Positions 38,444 to 50,622 of a stretch of DNA of 64,000 nucleotides are shown piece after piece. Below the pieces are notes generated by a model. The model saw nothing but the letters and a program-made list of their open reading frames with translations, ran no database searches and was not told where the DNA came from. Position numbers and translations under genes: made by a program. The stretch is from Tubiluchus corallicola (Eukaryota > Animalia > Priapulida), in assembly GCA_030141605.1 (NCBI GenBank), contig JAQGDQ010000307.1, forward strand, positions 62,001 to 126,000, given 5' to 3'. Numbering within the stretch: the stretch's first letter is position 1; every line of letters starts with the position of its first letter.

Positions 38444-41179
38444 TTAATTGTCGACTTTCTTCATTGAATAGTCAAGTGGCTCTACCTGTTGATTAGATTT
38501 TAAAGCCTGTATAATGGAATCACATTTATTGAGATTACTTTTGTACTTGTCGATTTTTCCTGCCAATTTCTGAATTACACAATCGAGCTTTCCACCCACA
38601 CAATTATTTACTGGTGTGTCTACATGGCTCTTTACATTAGCCTTACTGTTTTGTTCTGTAGTTTTTAACATACTGGTGTTTGGGCATTTTCTAGGTCTAT
38701 AGTTGCCGCTAACCTGTGGTTTCACTTTTACGTTTACTGATAAATCTGCTGATTTATTTGTTGCATTGTTGTTGCTCTTTGCCAAAGTTTCTTTGCTGTT
38801 GTTGTCCCTATTTATAACATTAATAGATGGAGTGATGCAAGAGCTTCCAATATCTCTGTGGGTCTTCATATGGTCGGTGAGGTGATGTTGTAATCGGAAA
38901 GCTTGTTGGCACAACATGCAGACGTGAGGACGTTCACCTGTAATTTCATACAATGAGAAGTAACAATGATAACCAAAAAAACCAAATATATGATTTTGTA
39001 CGAGATCTGTTGTGATGTAGAAGAGAACCAGGCAACGCAAAAAGAAATCAACCAGGAGATCTCTGGTGCCCTCAAGTTGTTTAAGCTACAATGCAATGAC
39101 CTATCACTTAAGCATAGTGTTTCTTGACGTGATTAAGCAAAATCACAATATGTTATTCTCAAGTAATAGTAATAATCATGTACCTGTGTGAATGCGAAGA
39201 TGTTTCTTGACGTGTCCACTTGACGGAAATGTTTTTTGGCACACGCTGCAAGCATAGGGACGTTCTCCAGAATGTATTCTTAGATGACGACGCAGATTAG
39301 CAACCTAAAATACGTCAGAAACAAAACGTTGATATTTAATTGAAAACACAAATGATGAACTTCTGCTGAATGATCTAAATCAGGAGCAATATTCACGTGT
39401 TATGTTAGTTAATGATTTGTAAATTTTAAATTTCTTTGTGGCACAAACACGTCTTTTACTACAAGAAAGTCGGAAATTCAAACTTGTCACATTGTCTAGT
39501 AAAATCTCAAATCACTTTTTCATGCACACCCTATTCACATTGCCCTCTAATCAGCACTATGCTCTTTAAACATGGACAGTACAACTCGTTTCAAAACATG
39601 TGATTGCACAACTCATGAAAACAAATGTGAACTGCCTTTACTAGTGAGGGTTCTTAATAAAAACTATATGTGAGCAGAGCCCTACTTATTACAAGAAAAA
39701 CACATTTTCACAAATTTTTATACATGCAGTGTCTCATATGTTCTGGTATCCTGTTTTTACATTTTACTATTATTGTTGTTGGAGAGACGAAATTACCTAC
39801 TATCTCTTGTGGAATGAATTTAGAAAAATGAATTTAGGCAACTTGGAAATATGGCGCTATTTCAACTCTGTCCTAGTTTCATGAGGACGTAAAAGTTCAC
39901 AACTAGGTAAATAAATGGCAACCAGAACACCTGCAAACTTGTTCTCCAGTCCCTGTTATATAAAGAAATCACGTTTCTAACCTCAGTAAATTTTAGGGAT
40001 CACAGGGAATATTCCAGTGCTGCATTTTTCATGAGGAAACTAGAGAACAGTGTTTTGGAACACTTGGTCATTTCTCTGCCCTAATATCATAGAGCAAAGA
40101 AATGACCAAATGCTATGAATGTCCAAAATACTGCACAGCATAATGTACTCTGATATCATGTGGAAATCAGAGTACATGTACATATCCCCAAACAAATTTT
40201 CAGAGACAATCAGAACACAACTAGTCAGAAATAGCTGTTCCCTGTTTTAGTGCTTTGATAATTCAGAACCAGTGTTAATACCCGAGAAAACAATTGGGAA
40301 GATATTCCAAAAATAGTCGGAAAACCTGCACAGCTATTCCTCTGACTAGGTTCTACTTTCACGATGAAACCAGGATTGCTACCTGTGCAAGTATTTAAGG
40401 GTAATCAGGATTCCTACCTGAGCAAATGTTCGAGGACAGTCAGAACACCTGTAAGGACGTTCTCCTGTGTGGATTCTCATGTGTGTGATCATGTGGTGCT
40501 CCTGCGTGAATCCCTTATTGCATTGACTACAATGAAATGGCTTCTCGCCTCGATGTATGCGAGTGTGCTTCTGCAAGACGTGTTTGTAACCAAAGCTTCG
40601 GTCGCATATCGGACAGGTGAACTGGCGTTGCAGTTTCCTTTTCTCAGCTTTCAATGTATATTGGCCCACTTCATAGTTATCCCAGCTTAGCTTGTATGAC
40701 GGATTACAGTTGGCAAGTTTGTAGAGATGTTGATCTATGTTTTTTCCTTGTTTTACTAATTTTACGCCTGGTGTAATGTCCCCTGTTGTGCTATCAGCAT
40801 CTATTCTAATTGCTGGTTTACTGTTGACACTGTTGTTGTGTTTCTTTGACTCATTAGTACTATCTGGTGGCTTTGTAACAAGCTTGTCATTGACAATACT
40901 GTTTTCTGAATTTGTTTTGACATTTGAATTGGAATCTTGAGGTAGTTTAGGTTGTCGACATTTGCGCTTCTTTAAAGGCACTTTACATTCCTGAGCATAT
41001 ATGTCTGAGATAAGGACATCATTTGAGGTAGATAATGTGGAGGTAGTTTGTTGATCTGAGGTAGTTTTTTGCGTCCCTTTGATGCTATCAAGTTGAAATT
41101 TTTGGGAACAGGGAACCGTGTTGTTAGATTTTGTTCCGAGCTTACTAAGAACATGTTTGATCTTCCTCCTCATCTTCAT
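38444..41179 (-). CDS. Kr: Kruppel-like C2H2 zinc-finger transcription factor (5 fingers), 3 coding exons, about 458 aa; N-terminus uncertain
   Basis: Exons 40418-41179, 39184-39304, 38444-38937, GT-AG and in phase. Fingers: [125 protein letters not shown] and [10 protein letters not shown] match fingers 1 and 3 of Drosophila Kr as remembered; C-terminal QVEPLDYSM resembles the Kr CtBP-binding QTEPEDLSM. Confidence 0.88.
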
Positions 41180-43349
41180 CCATGGCTAGGCTGTTGTGTG
41201 TCACCTGCACACACACCTGGAGCACAAAATGTCAGTTAGTCGAAAAATAAAAAGGGAAAGTAATTTTAACCAATCTGCTTTATGAGACATTATCAAACAA
41301 AACACACATTGTAGTTACAAATATAATAATAATGACTGATGTACAGTTTGTACATGTAATGAAATAATACATGTTTAAAATATTAACATAACTGGTAAGG
41401 TACCATACATATCTCTGTCGTATGACTTCTACAACTGCAACTGAAATTACTACTTACATTTTGGCTTCTGAGCTAGCCATGTTCAGGTACAAAAAACTGT
41501 GAAATATTTGATCATCTGCCTTAGAAAAAAGTTTCACGAGAATGACAGTCTTTGTTTTAGCAAGTTTTGTACCTGAGGATGACTCGCTCAGAAGCAGAAA
41601 CTTGGTATGTGTTCAAACATGTCTGAGCTGCAGTTGAAGCAGTAATGCAAAAAATGTTGTTCCTTAAAAAGCTTATTATTGTTGCTGTTGTTCAATAAAG
41701 CGAGATTCGTTACTTTGAGTGCAATTCGGGCATACATCACATTTAAAAAAAATGTATCGAATGGATTGCATGCACACAAAACTAAGCGATATCTTGCTAG
41801 AATATGAACACGGGTCAGTTCACAACATAAACATGAAGCTCGCATGTATAGCATCTGTTTTAAGGTGCGTTTAACACTAGGAAACATTTGGTAAGTGATG
41901 TCGTTCATTATTTAACAGGAAAGACAACTATAGTGGCGTTACTGTTCTCAAGAACAAGCGCTAAATTTCCTGATCAAGAATGTATTTGAATGATGGTGAC
42001 AGTGAATGATGGAATGGCTGGTCAAGCGTGCACAGAGCATGCATATGGCTTCATTTGCTCCACTACAGAGTCTACTTTAATATATGAATATTGATTTACA
42101 GTTTGCAACTGCATTGCATGAAGCCAATGCTTGTAGATACTGTAAGTGTAAGCTATATGTGTATCTGCAGTGGTTGATATAGGAAGTGGCCCAGCGTAAA
42201 GTTAAGATTATTGATAATGTGTGTAGTCCAATTCTATATTACTTGGTCAGGATTAGACTGGGAGAGGGGTGGAGATGCAAATTCAACAATATAGACGCAC
42301 AGTGGCAAAGTCCTAACTTGAAAATAAACGAAACTCAGAAGCAACGGATCCTGATTAGCAGTGTAATCTACGGTGTCCCTGGTCCCAAAACACTTATTTT
42401 ATAAAGCGGTTCATCATTTATAGAAGCCATTCTTGGGCCAGATTCATTGTATGCTGGGTAGCAGATCCACGGACGGCACAGCATAGATTGTAGACAGCCA
42501 TTAGGGTATCAGATCTATAAACTGATTCACTACTGTATAAAAACGCAAGTTACGAATACAAAATAGAGTGAAGAAGATGCTCGGCAGTTTAGCGTTTTCT
42601 TACAAATAAAATACGATTATGGGGTTTTTTATGTATAAGGCAACATATCTATGTGTAGTTCGGCAGTATAAAAAATCACGTATAGCAAGGAAGATCGAGA
42701 ATAAAATCTCAATAAAAACACTACTGAAGTCAAACGTTATGAACGAACGTAGTATGCCAAGCGCCGATAGCCTAGATGCTGAAATATGATGTGTTATAAA
42801 CACAAAATTTCTTCACCTTAGCACCTGAGATGAGTCAAGGTGAACATTCCTTAATATGCTACATGAGCTTCTTTCGTCCGCTTTACGCTAGTTTGAGGTC
42901 AAAGTATGTCGTCAAATTTTACGCCTTTGGGACTGTATTTATGCCTTGAAGCAAACCTTGCCCAGATGCTTCATGTTACGATTCTTTAGCTTCATAACCA
43001 ATCTACGAAATTACACATCACAAGATGCCAATACAAGTTTAATTTTGCCGTTTCATTTTTCACATCTAGAAGTAGTAGTAAGTTTCTAGCTGTGGAGCTA
43101 TTGCTGCCATTCATTTTTCGAGAGAATACATTTTCTAACCGCTGCTGCATTTTACCATAAATACATAATTATAAGATTTGCACATAGCACACTTAATTAT
43201 TAGATTATGTTATTCAACAATTAAATTTACTGCCCAATTTCCATTGTATGCTAATGCTGCAGTCTAGCACTACATATATTCATTATTCACGTTTGCTCAG
43301 TGAAAAACGCTATTTCCTTACCTTGCTACAGCCTGCTCGCTTCCTGTTG

Positions 43350-43515
43350 ACCACTGGCTATTTGTGTTGGCTCAACCGCTAGACAAACCAGCGGTCAATG
43401 ACCTCATTCTTGGCCGTTAATGATGACCAATGGGCAGTTAAGGACGCAAATAAGCTTGCGTTTGTCTGCTTGATGAGTGACCTCGCATGAACTCTGCTAG
43501 CCAGCGGTCAGTTGC
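43350..43515. promoter_or_regulatory. Cluster of nuclear-receptor response elements (IR-1 and DR-4) with CCAAT
   Basis: CGGTCA-A-TGACCT at 43392-43404 (IR-1); TGACCT-cgca-TGAACT at 43478-43493 (AGTTCA-n4-AGGTCA on -); TGACCAAT at about 43424; CCAGCGGTCA twice (43388, 43501). Confidence 0.55.
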
Positions 43516-43967
43516 GAACACGAAATGAAGCTTCTTGCCTGGACGCTCAAACATTATACATGCTTTTAGCTTATTAGCACACGTCGCCGTCTATAATTAT
43601 CTTGAACGTCGCACGTAATCGATGTAGTTGGTGATTGAATTAGAGCAAGAAACCAACAACTTTTTCGGCTACATAAAATTTTATTTTAACCACGATAACA
43701 TACTTTTTCTAACGGAAACAGTGAAAATGCTGAAGGATCTTTCCACTTACTCGTCATTTTTATTCCAATAACTATAGTACCGGTTCAATTCTTTTAATAC
43801 CACTAATCAGCAAAAGAAAGATTTGATTTTTGCCCAGGAATTTTACCAAAGTGTCCAGAATGGCAAGAATGTATACTATTCGAACTTCATCTCCAATCTT
43901 AAATTTTTTACGTCAATCCACGAATATAATTTTTTGAGTGGTAACGAGTTAAACTGGTGGTGATTAA

Positions 43968-44313
43968 AGGCCCGTTTTGACTAGTGTTTCTCTTGCTGCA
44001 ATTGTCACCGTGTTTCTGACGGTCTGTGAAAATGAATGTATTCCTCTAAATAAATTTTCGCTGACGACTACGGTGCAGCGAGAAACATGCAGAAGCTTTT
44101 TTTCTCGTCGCAGCGAGACCAGTCGCTGGTGGCTCTTTTATTTGTCATCTTCATGAGCGATTTGAAGAGCGATGTCGCTTCTTGATGTGATTGACGATTT
44201 CGCGCTAGCGAGATTTTGCAAGAGCTTTCGTTGTGACGATAGACATTTTCACGAGTAGTTTTGTAGCGATTCCCGCCAAATCTTGTAGCGAAATCGTTTG
44301 TCAACACGGGCCT
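43968..44313. mobile_element. PIF/Harbinger-type MITE
   Basis: TIRs AGGCCCGTTTTGAC / GTCAACACGGGCCT (1 mismatch); 3-bp TAA on both flanks (43965-43967, 44314-44316); CpG-rich interior with TCGCT/AGCGA repeats; no ORF of note. Confidence 0.85.
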
Positions 44314-44664
44314 TAACACGCTCATTAATTAATAGATGAGAAAATTTTGCGAATTGGAAATTATATAAGTGTTCATATTTTCGAATTGGAAACTATAAGC
44401 GTTCATACTTGTAGGTATTTTTTTAATGAATTATCAACTTGTAGACCAGAATTTTTGTATACGTTAATAAACACTGTTACAGCAGCACTTACGAAAAGGC
44501 GAATTTATAAAGTCCAATATTTTTCGCGCAATTCTGTTCTTATAAAAAGTCACAAAATTTGTTACATGTGTCAAGGCTGTCAAGTTCGCAATGCAAAACG
44601 TCAGTCATTTGGCTGTATAGTATTAAACTGTTGACCTGGAATGTATGGAATACCGAACCGAGGC

Positions 44665-44765
44665 ATGCAAATGACCAATAGCCAGTGGTCAGCCTACTGT
44701 GCTCGTTTCCGTGCGAGTCTAACCTCATTTTCTGTAAACCTAGTCATGACCTCGAGTGAACGTCT
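44665..44765. promoter_or_regulatory. Second nuclear-receptor element module (TGACCAAT plus DR-4)
   Basis: TGACCAAT at about 44672; TGACCT-cgag-TGAACG at 44747-44762, closely resembling the DR-4 at 43478-43493. Confidence 0.45.
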
Positions 44766-44969
44766 GTATTTCAATTCGGAATGCAACGTTTTGGAACAGC
44801 AGCAGACCGCTTGAGACGGTGTTGCTATTATCATCACCACGTGGTCTGCCATTGTTGACCCATCCATACCTAAACTCCACCAAGTTATATATATCGAGGT
44901 ACTATGGTGAGATACATTCATGGGAGCCTGACAGAAGGACCAGGGCGTACAGCGGGTCAAAAAAGACTG

Positions 44970-45830
44970 GGAAAGTTTAGCAAAGATCTTCGATGATCTT
45001 ATTTAAGTCAGTATTATAGGCTAGTTACGAAAACAAGAAAGTGGTAACAGAGATGGCCCGACGAATTATAGACCTGTGTCAGTAGTGTCCTATTTTGCTA
45101 AAATATTTGAAAAAAGTAATGTACAACCAAATAACTGATTATCTAGATGAACATAAGCTATTAAATAACAAAGAACATGAATTTCGGAAAAAAGACTCAA
45201 CTGTTGATACAGTAATAAGTGCCACTGAAACATGAAAGTCAAATCTAGATAATAGCGAATATATGGCATTAGCATTTATTGACTTAAAACATTTCATAGC
45301 TTAAGACATAGCTTACGGGTTTCCAAGGTAGAGCAATAGGGTTTTTATATATATATCCCCGCGCAAAAACTCATAAACAACAGTTGAAACAATCGTCACC
45401 AACAAGTAAAATTAAATGAAACTTTTTATTAGATTGGACTTTGTGCTCGTCAAATATGTGTGAATTCCGCGCAGTACAACAGCTTAAATAAGATCTTGAA
45501 AATTAATTAACGCCGCATTTGATTATCACAAATACTCTATTAACGAGGAAAAACAAAATTTGTGATTTTACGACCTCAGCAATCTACTACACGTAATACA
45601 TACTCATAGCAAAACACTTGAAATTAATGGGAAAACTATTACTGAAACTACGAACACAAATTTCTTGGCAAGAGTTGCCGATAAAAATGGAAAAGTGTAC
45701 TATAAAATGTCAGCTAACATTAGTTAATTGCGATAAGTTAAAATACAACTAAATTCTAAAACAAAATTGCATACACACAAAACTTTCGTTCTACCACATT
45801 ACCCTTACGCCTATATTGCGCTAGTGATCT
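44970..45830 (+). mobile_element. Highly degenerate CR1/L2-type LINE reverse-transcriptase fragment
   Basis: NYRPVSVVSYFAKIFEK / VMYNQITDYLDEHKLLNNKEHEFRKKDST..LDNSEYMALAFIDLK at 45064-45290, and later LEINGKTITETTNTNFLG; stops and frameshifts. Ends approximate. Confidence 0.8.
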
Positions 45831-45899
45831 AGGAGAAGCCATACGCTGATTTTTTAATCATTTCATTTCATTCCCGGGCCAATGTTCCCCTTTTCATTC

Positions 45900-47650
45900 G
45901 TTTTAACTCGCAAACGTAAAAGGCTAGAGTCACGAAATTTACAGGATTGATACTTGGAATAGACGCAGTACATTGGTAATTCAACTCCTCCTAGAGTTTT
46001 AAGCTAATTTTCTTCCATAAATATTTAGATATTGTAGGATATATATATATGGGATTTTTAAAAAGCTGGGGTCATTATTACTCATTAAAGGGCAAGAAAA
46101 GGGGTACCTGAGGTAGGTTTTAGAAAAATCGCCTTAAAAATTATATTATTTTGCAGTATTTTTATGCCTATATCGTACTCGCGTTGAAAGCATTTTTTAT
46201 TTGTTTTCATTTTAAATCTCCCGGCGACACTGTACCGACCGCGCCATCACGACGTCATATACGCACAACGTAAATCAGGGGAAGAAAAGGAAATGTTAAA
46301 CCATGTTCCAAAAAACTTTCCATGCACAGTTATATTACTTGGCATTTCGCTTATCTGCTTGAAAGACTTATATAACCAGAAAAGAAAATTATTAATTATC
46401 TAAAATACTTTCACCAATTGGTAAAATGTCGCTGACTCACCCTGCAGGGTGAACCAATCACTAATCAAAAAATGTATTTTTACTTAGTAGAATTAAAATT
46501 TTACTCAGTGACTTGTGTGCTAGGAATGCTCTGATGATTTTTTTAAACTTTACTCAGTGTTATTTAAACTTGTTTCAGATGACCCATCGTCAAAATGGCC
46601 ACTTCTAACGGTCATCGCGGGAGTTTAAATTTACATGTTTTATACAGCATTACTGCCCACGCAAGTCCTGTACGCGAAAAGACAGTACGTAAGTGGTATA
46701 AAATTTCAAGACCAATTTTTTAAGCTTTATGTAAATGGACGATTTTCTTGAGCGTTAAGGCTCCGGGGAAGTAACCAAAATGTTTAACACTGAAGAACTC
46801 TAAAACTGTGGTAACTAGAGTTAGGAAACTTGCAGGGTAGACACTCGGGCTAAATGCTCAGGAAATGGCACAATAAAAAAGTTGGAATTGTTTAAGGGCT
46901 CGCGGTAGAAGCCAAAATGTGAAAATTAGAGCATTCAGTTTGAATTCAAGCGAAGAGAGCTATACTCACGCAGTTTGTTGGGTAGACACTTGGGTAGTGG
47001 CCCTGAAGATGCTGTGGTGAATGATGAATGGTCGAAGGGTATGAATGGTCGAAGGGTAAAGGACACTGGACATCTGTCAATTTAAATTCGATTGCCATTC
47101 AACTCCGCCTAAAGCTGTAAGCTAAATTCAAACTTTTCCAATAAGTAATGAGGTATTGTGAGGTAGATGTGTAACTATGTTTTAAAAAAGCTGGGATTTT
47201 AAAGGCCCAGTTAGGAGTCAAAATAATAAATCTAAAACATAATATATAAAGACACGAAACCCACAGGGAGAGAAGTGCGAACAATCGAGGTTTTCCAAAT
47301 ATCGCCAAAATTTTGAAAAATAGATGCAGAATCGTCGCAGAATACTCAAAAGTGCCGGGTAGGAGCTACATTTGACTACCGTGTGGTTAGAAAACTTGGA
47401 GTTGGCTGAGGACAGATATAGGAGAAAAATGTGAAAATTAGTGGCTTCGGTGCATTGAGTTTTAATTCATGTTAACTTGCAAAAGTAGTCACGAAATTTC
47501 ACGAAACCTGAGGCTTCAAAAAATGGTTATGGTGAACAGTGACCTCAATCAAAAGATCAAGGACACTGGGTATCAGTTAGTTTTTTGATTGTCATTCAAC
47601 TCCTCCTAGGCCTTCGAGTTAAATTCGTTTTTTTCACAGGTATTTAGATA
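45900..47650 (+). repeat. Degenerate, internally repetitive interspersed element(s); includes copy 2 of the dispersed repeat (46524-46648)
   Basis: Three copies of attcaactcc(t/g)ccta..(a/g)ag(c/t)taa at about 45979, 47097, 47594; aaggacactgg at 47059 and 47559; gtcacgaaattt at about 45929 and 47488; 17-bp direct duplication at 47024-47057. Confidence 0.6.
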
Positions 47651-50622
47651 CAGTAGACTAATAATCTACAGCCACACTCGACCAGGTATAGTCACCTGTA
47701 AAAAAGGTCATTACGGCTCGCGGATTTAGATCAGAATTCATTCGATCTTGCTCTAATCTAAAATACTGTCAATGTTTCACCAATTCCTGGAAATTACGTT
47801 AGGAAGTTAGAACCAATTAAGCCTTTACCATATTATGTAATTCTGAAAGAGAAACAGACGTCTTCTAATATCTTTGTTTCCTTTACACTTTTTGTGATGC
47901 TAGCTGTCAGTACCTCAAACTTTCCGGTTTTTATTTCACTATTTAGAAATACCCCGCTGACAATTTTCAGTAGTTTAGCAAGTAATTTTGCAACAAACTC
48001 GTTAGCAGAGAGGGAAAGGTGGTCGCGCTCTCCCGCCGGTTCAAGGAATGAACTGCCTTGAACCGGCCTAGCTATTGATCCCTTTACTCACAAGATAAAA
48101 CGATGTTCCTGTCATGGGGCAGATCATTACAGCGTGTTGCCAAAACTTTAAATGCGATTGCAGTTACAGTAACTGCATTGGAAACTGATAACACACACAT
48201 TTTTTTCAATTCGGGTAGTTACTACATGTACACTGCTAATGCAGTCTAATGTGGGATTTATCAATTTATCAGTTTTTCATTTAAAATGTTATTGTAGGCG
48301 CCCTCTCTCTTCCTCGAGCTTCACATTATGCACATATATGGTTATTTTGCAACAAAAACAGGTTTTTTGAGCGCTAAGTGCCGACTGTCTTCAAATAAGG
48401 CTCGGGAAAATGACTCGTCAGTTACAAAGGATTTTTTGAGCGGACATCTGCTAATGTCATTACCGTAATTTGACATACAGGGAGCAAAGTTAAGCCTCAG
48501 CAAAAACAGGCTCTGTACAGGAGCCGAAAATGACCCGCCACCCATGTTACCTACACTCGTAAATAACCGTATATTCCAATTCAATTTTTATTTATTTATC
48601 TCTGCTTGTACATTATATCAAACAATTATTATTATCAGGCTCGATAAGTAATACATGAAAATTACTACAGTAAAAAGTTACAAAGCGAGAAAAAGGATAG
48701 CGAAAAGACTGTAGAAGTGACCTAGTCTGCTGTCCTTTACTAGGCGTAGAAAAGAATCATTGTACACTGGTAGTCACGTAAATTTACCATTGACAGTTTA
48801 AACTTTTTAAGATTATAACATTTAGTATTACTACATAATTAAGCAATTCAAAACAGAAAAACGTTGCTGTATTTACATATTAACATGTTGCAAATACAAT
48901 TGTTGTCTTTGCATAAATCTTCTCATTTCTTTACAAAATTATTCCTCATACAATTATTATTCATGCCATGTAACTAAATGTTAGCAAAATGATAAATATT
49001 ATATACACACATTTTTTTATACATGTCACTATAATTATCATTACACGTTAAGCCTAGACATGACCCATCAAAATTAAAATGTTGTTTCACCAAAACTGTG
49101 GCTATAGACTTAGTGTTATTATAACATTTGTGCCTTTGGCAACTAAAATATGCCATAGTAAATTCACATAAATTTCACCAAATATTTTATAAAATTATTT
49201 GACGCATAACTATTATTTTTGCTATTGAATTAAATATTTGACTTCGTGAGTAATAATTATTATATTCTTAAGTTAGTGTTTTATCCTTTCATGATAGATA
49301 TGACCTACTTGCATTCAAAATTAAAATGTTAAATTCTTTTGTTGTTTCAGCAGACTAAGATTTTATATTTAAAAATAAGATTTTCAAGTATTATATGAAC
49401 TCACAGAAACACGGAAATTCATTAATTATGAAATTATGTATATTATGTATAATGCCGCTCATATACCTCACATAACTCTATAAAAATTAAATTTGAATAC
49501 ATATTAAAAAGTAATGTTAATACTACCCACGACCCACTGACCATTTCATTTTTGATGTATACATGAAGTCGATGCACAATTCTGAAAACTTTATCATAAT
49601 GGGACTTAAAGAATACTCTAGACTGCCGAGATACCACAATTAGTTGCCACAGGTTTTCATAAGACCGTAAATAACATAAAAACAGTAAAGACAACATTTC
49701 TTCAATTTGATTGAGCTACGATTGAATAGCAGTCCCTCTAACGTAAACAGTTTACCTGCAACAAGTACGTATATATAGCCGGTCTGTCTACAAAAAAGTA
49801 AATGGGATGATTTGTTACATGATTCCTAGTACAAATGCTGTCAGACTAGATGGGAAACTGAGGTTACTTTTCGCTTTTGTTGCAAGGCTTGTTTCTATTT
49901 TCCCAAATAAGAAAAACGTTCTTATTTAAACGAAGAACTAACTTTTTCACTAAAAAGTCAACAAATCAAGATCATGACAAAAACGATTGTAGCTTACTAT
50001 TTGTCTGTTAATGAATTGGCTTGCAATTCAGTTAAACGGTGCAGTTATTTAAATTTAGTCACCAAAATTGTTAGTACATGTATAGGCGCATTTCAAATAC
50101 ATTACTTCAGCTATATAAGTTATCAGCTTTCTTACATATATATCTTGCAATATTGTATGACGTTTCGAAAATATCTGAAATTCAATATAACCAATAACAA
50201 GTGTGCTAGAAACTGACTAATATTATACCGATAACAAAGATAGTGCAGGAAATAAAATATTATATTTAAGCTTCGGGAAAATTTTGGCCTAGTAGTTTCA
50301 TTGTAAAATATTTACGTTATCAATTTAGCAGTGAAAATTGTGAAAATAAAATAACTACGCTTCTGCATCATTACCTCTTTTTTTCAAGCAGCTTTCAATT
50401 TTTATTTCCTTCTTTAATGAAGTTCTGGCCGAGATACGTTCTTTGTTGTTCTACAACTTCCTTTTTTCAAAATACATGTATAGACGTCTATCAATAAAGG
50501 TAAAAAATGCAAGGAAAATTCTTACCTCCTGCTATGAGGATGCGTTGTAACGTCCTGTCACAGCACAAGCCTACTCAACTCTAACAACTTTCCACTACAA
50601 GGCAGAGATCAATGTTACTGCT

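Noticed and set aside
40364-40940. + strand ORFs of 108 and 67 aa
   Set aside because: Antisense to the zinc-finger exon.
43415-43500. ATGATGA/TTGATGA C-box-like motifs suggesting a C/D snoRNA
   Set aside because: No properly placed CTGA D box or terminal stem; better explained as part of the half-site cluster.
48585-49330. Possible minus-strand LINE 3' end with an (ATAA)n tail
   Set aside because: Translation too degraded to confirm by eye.
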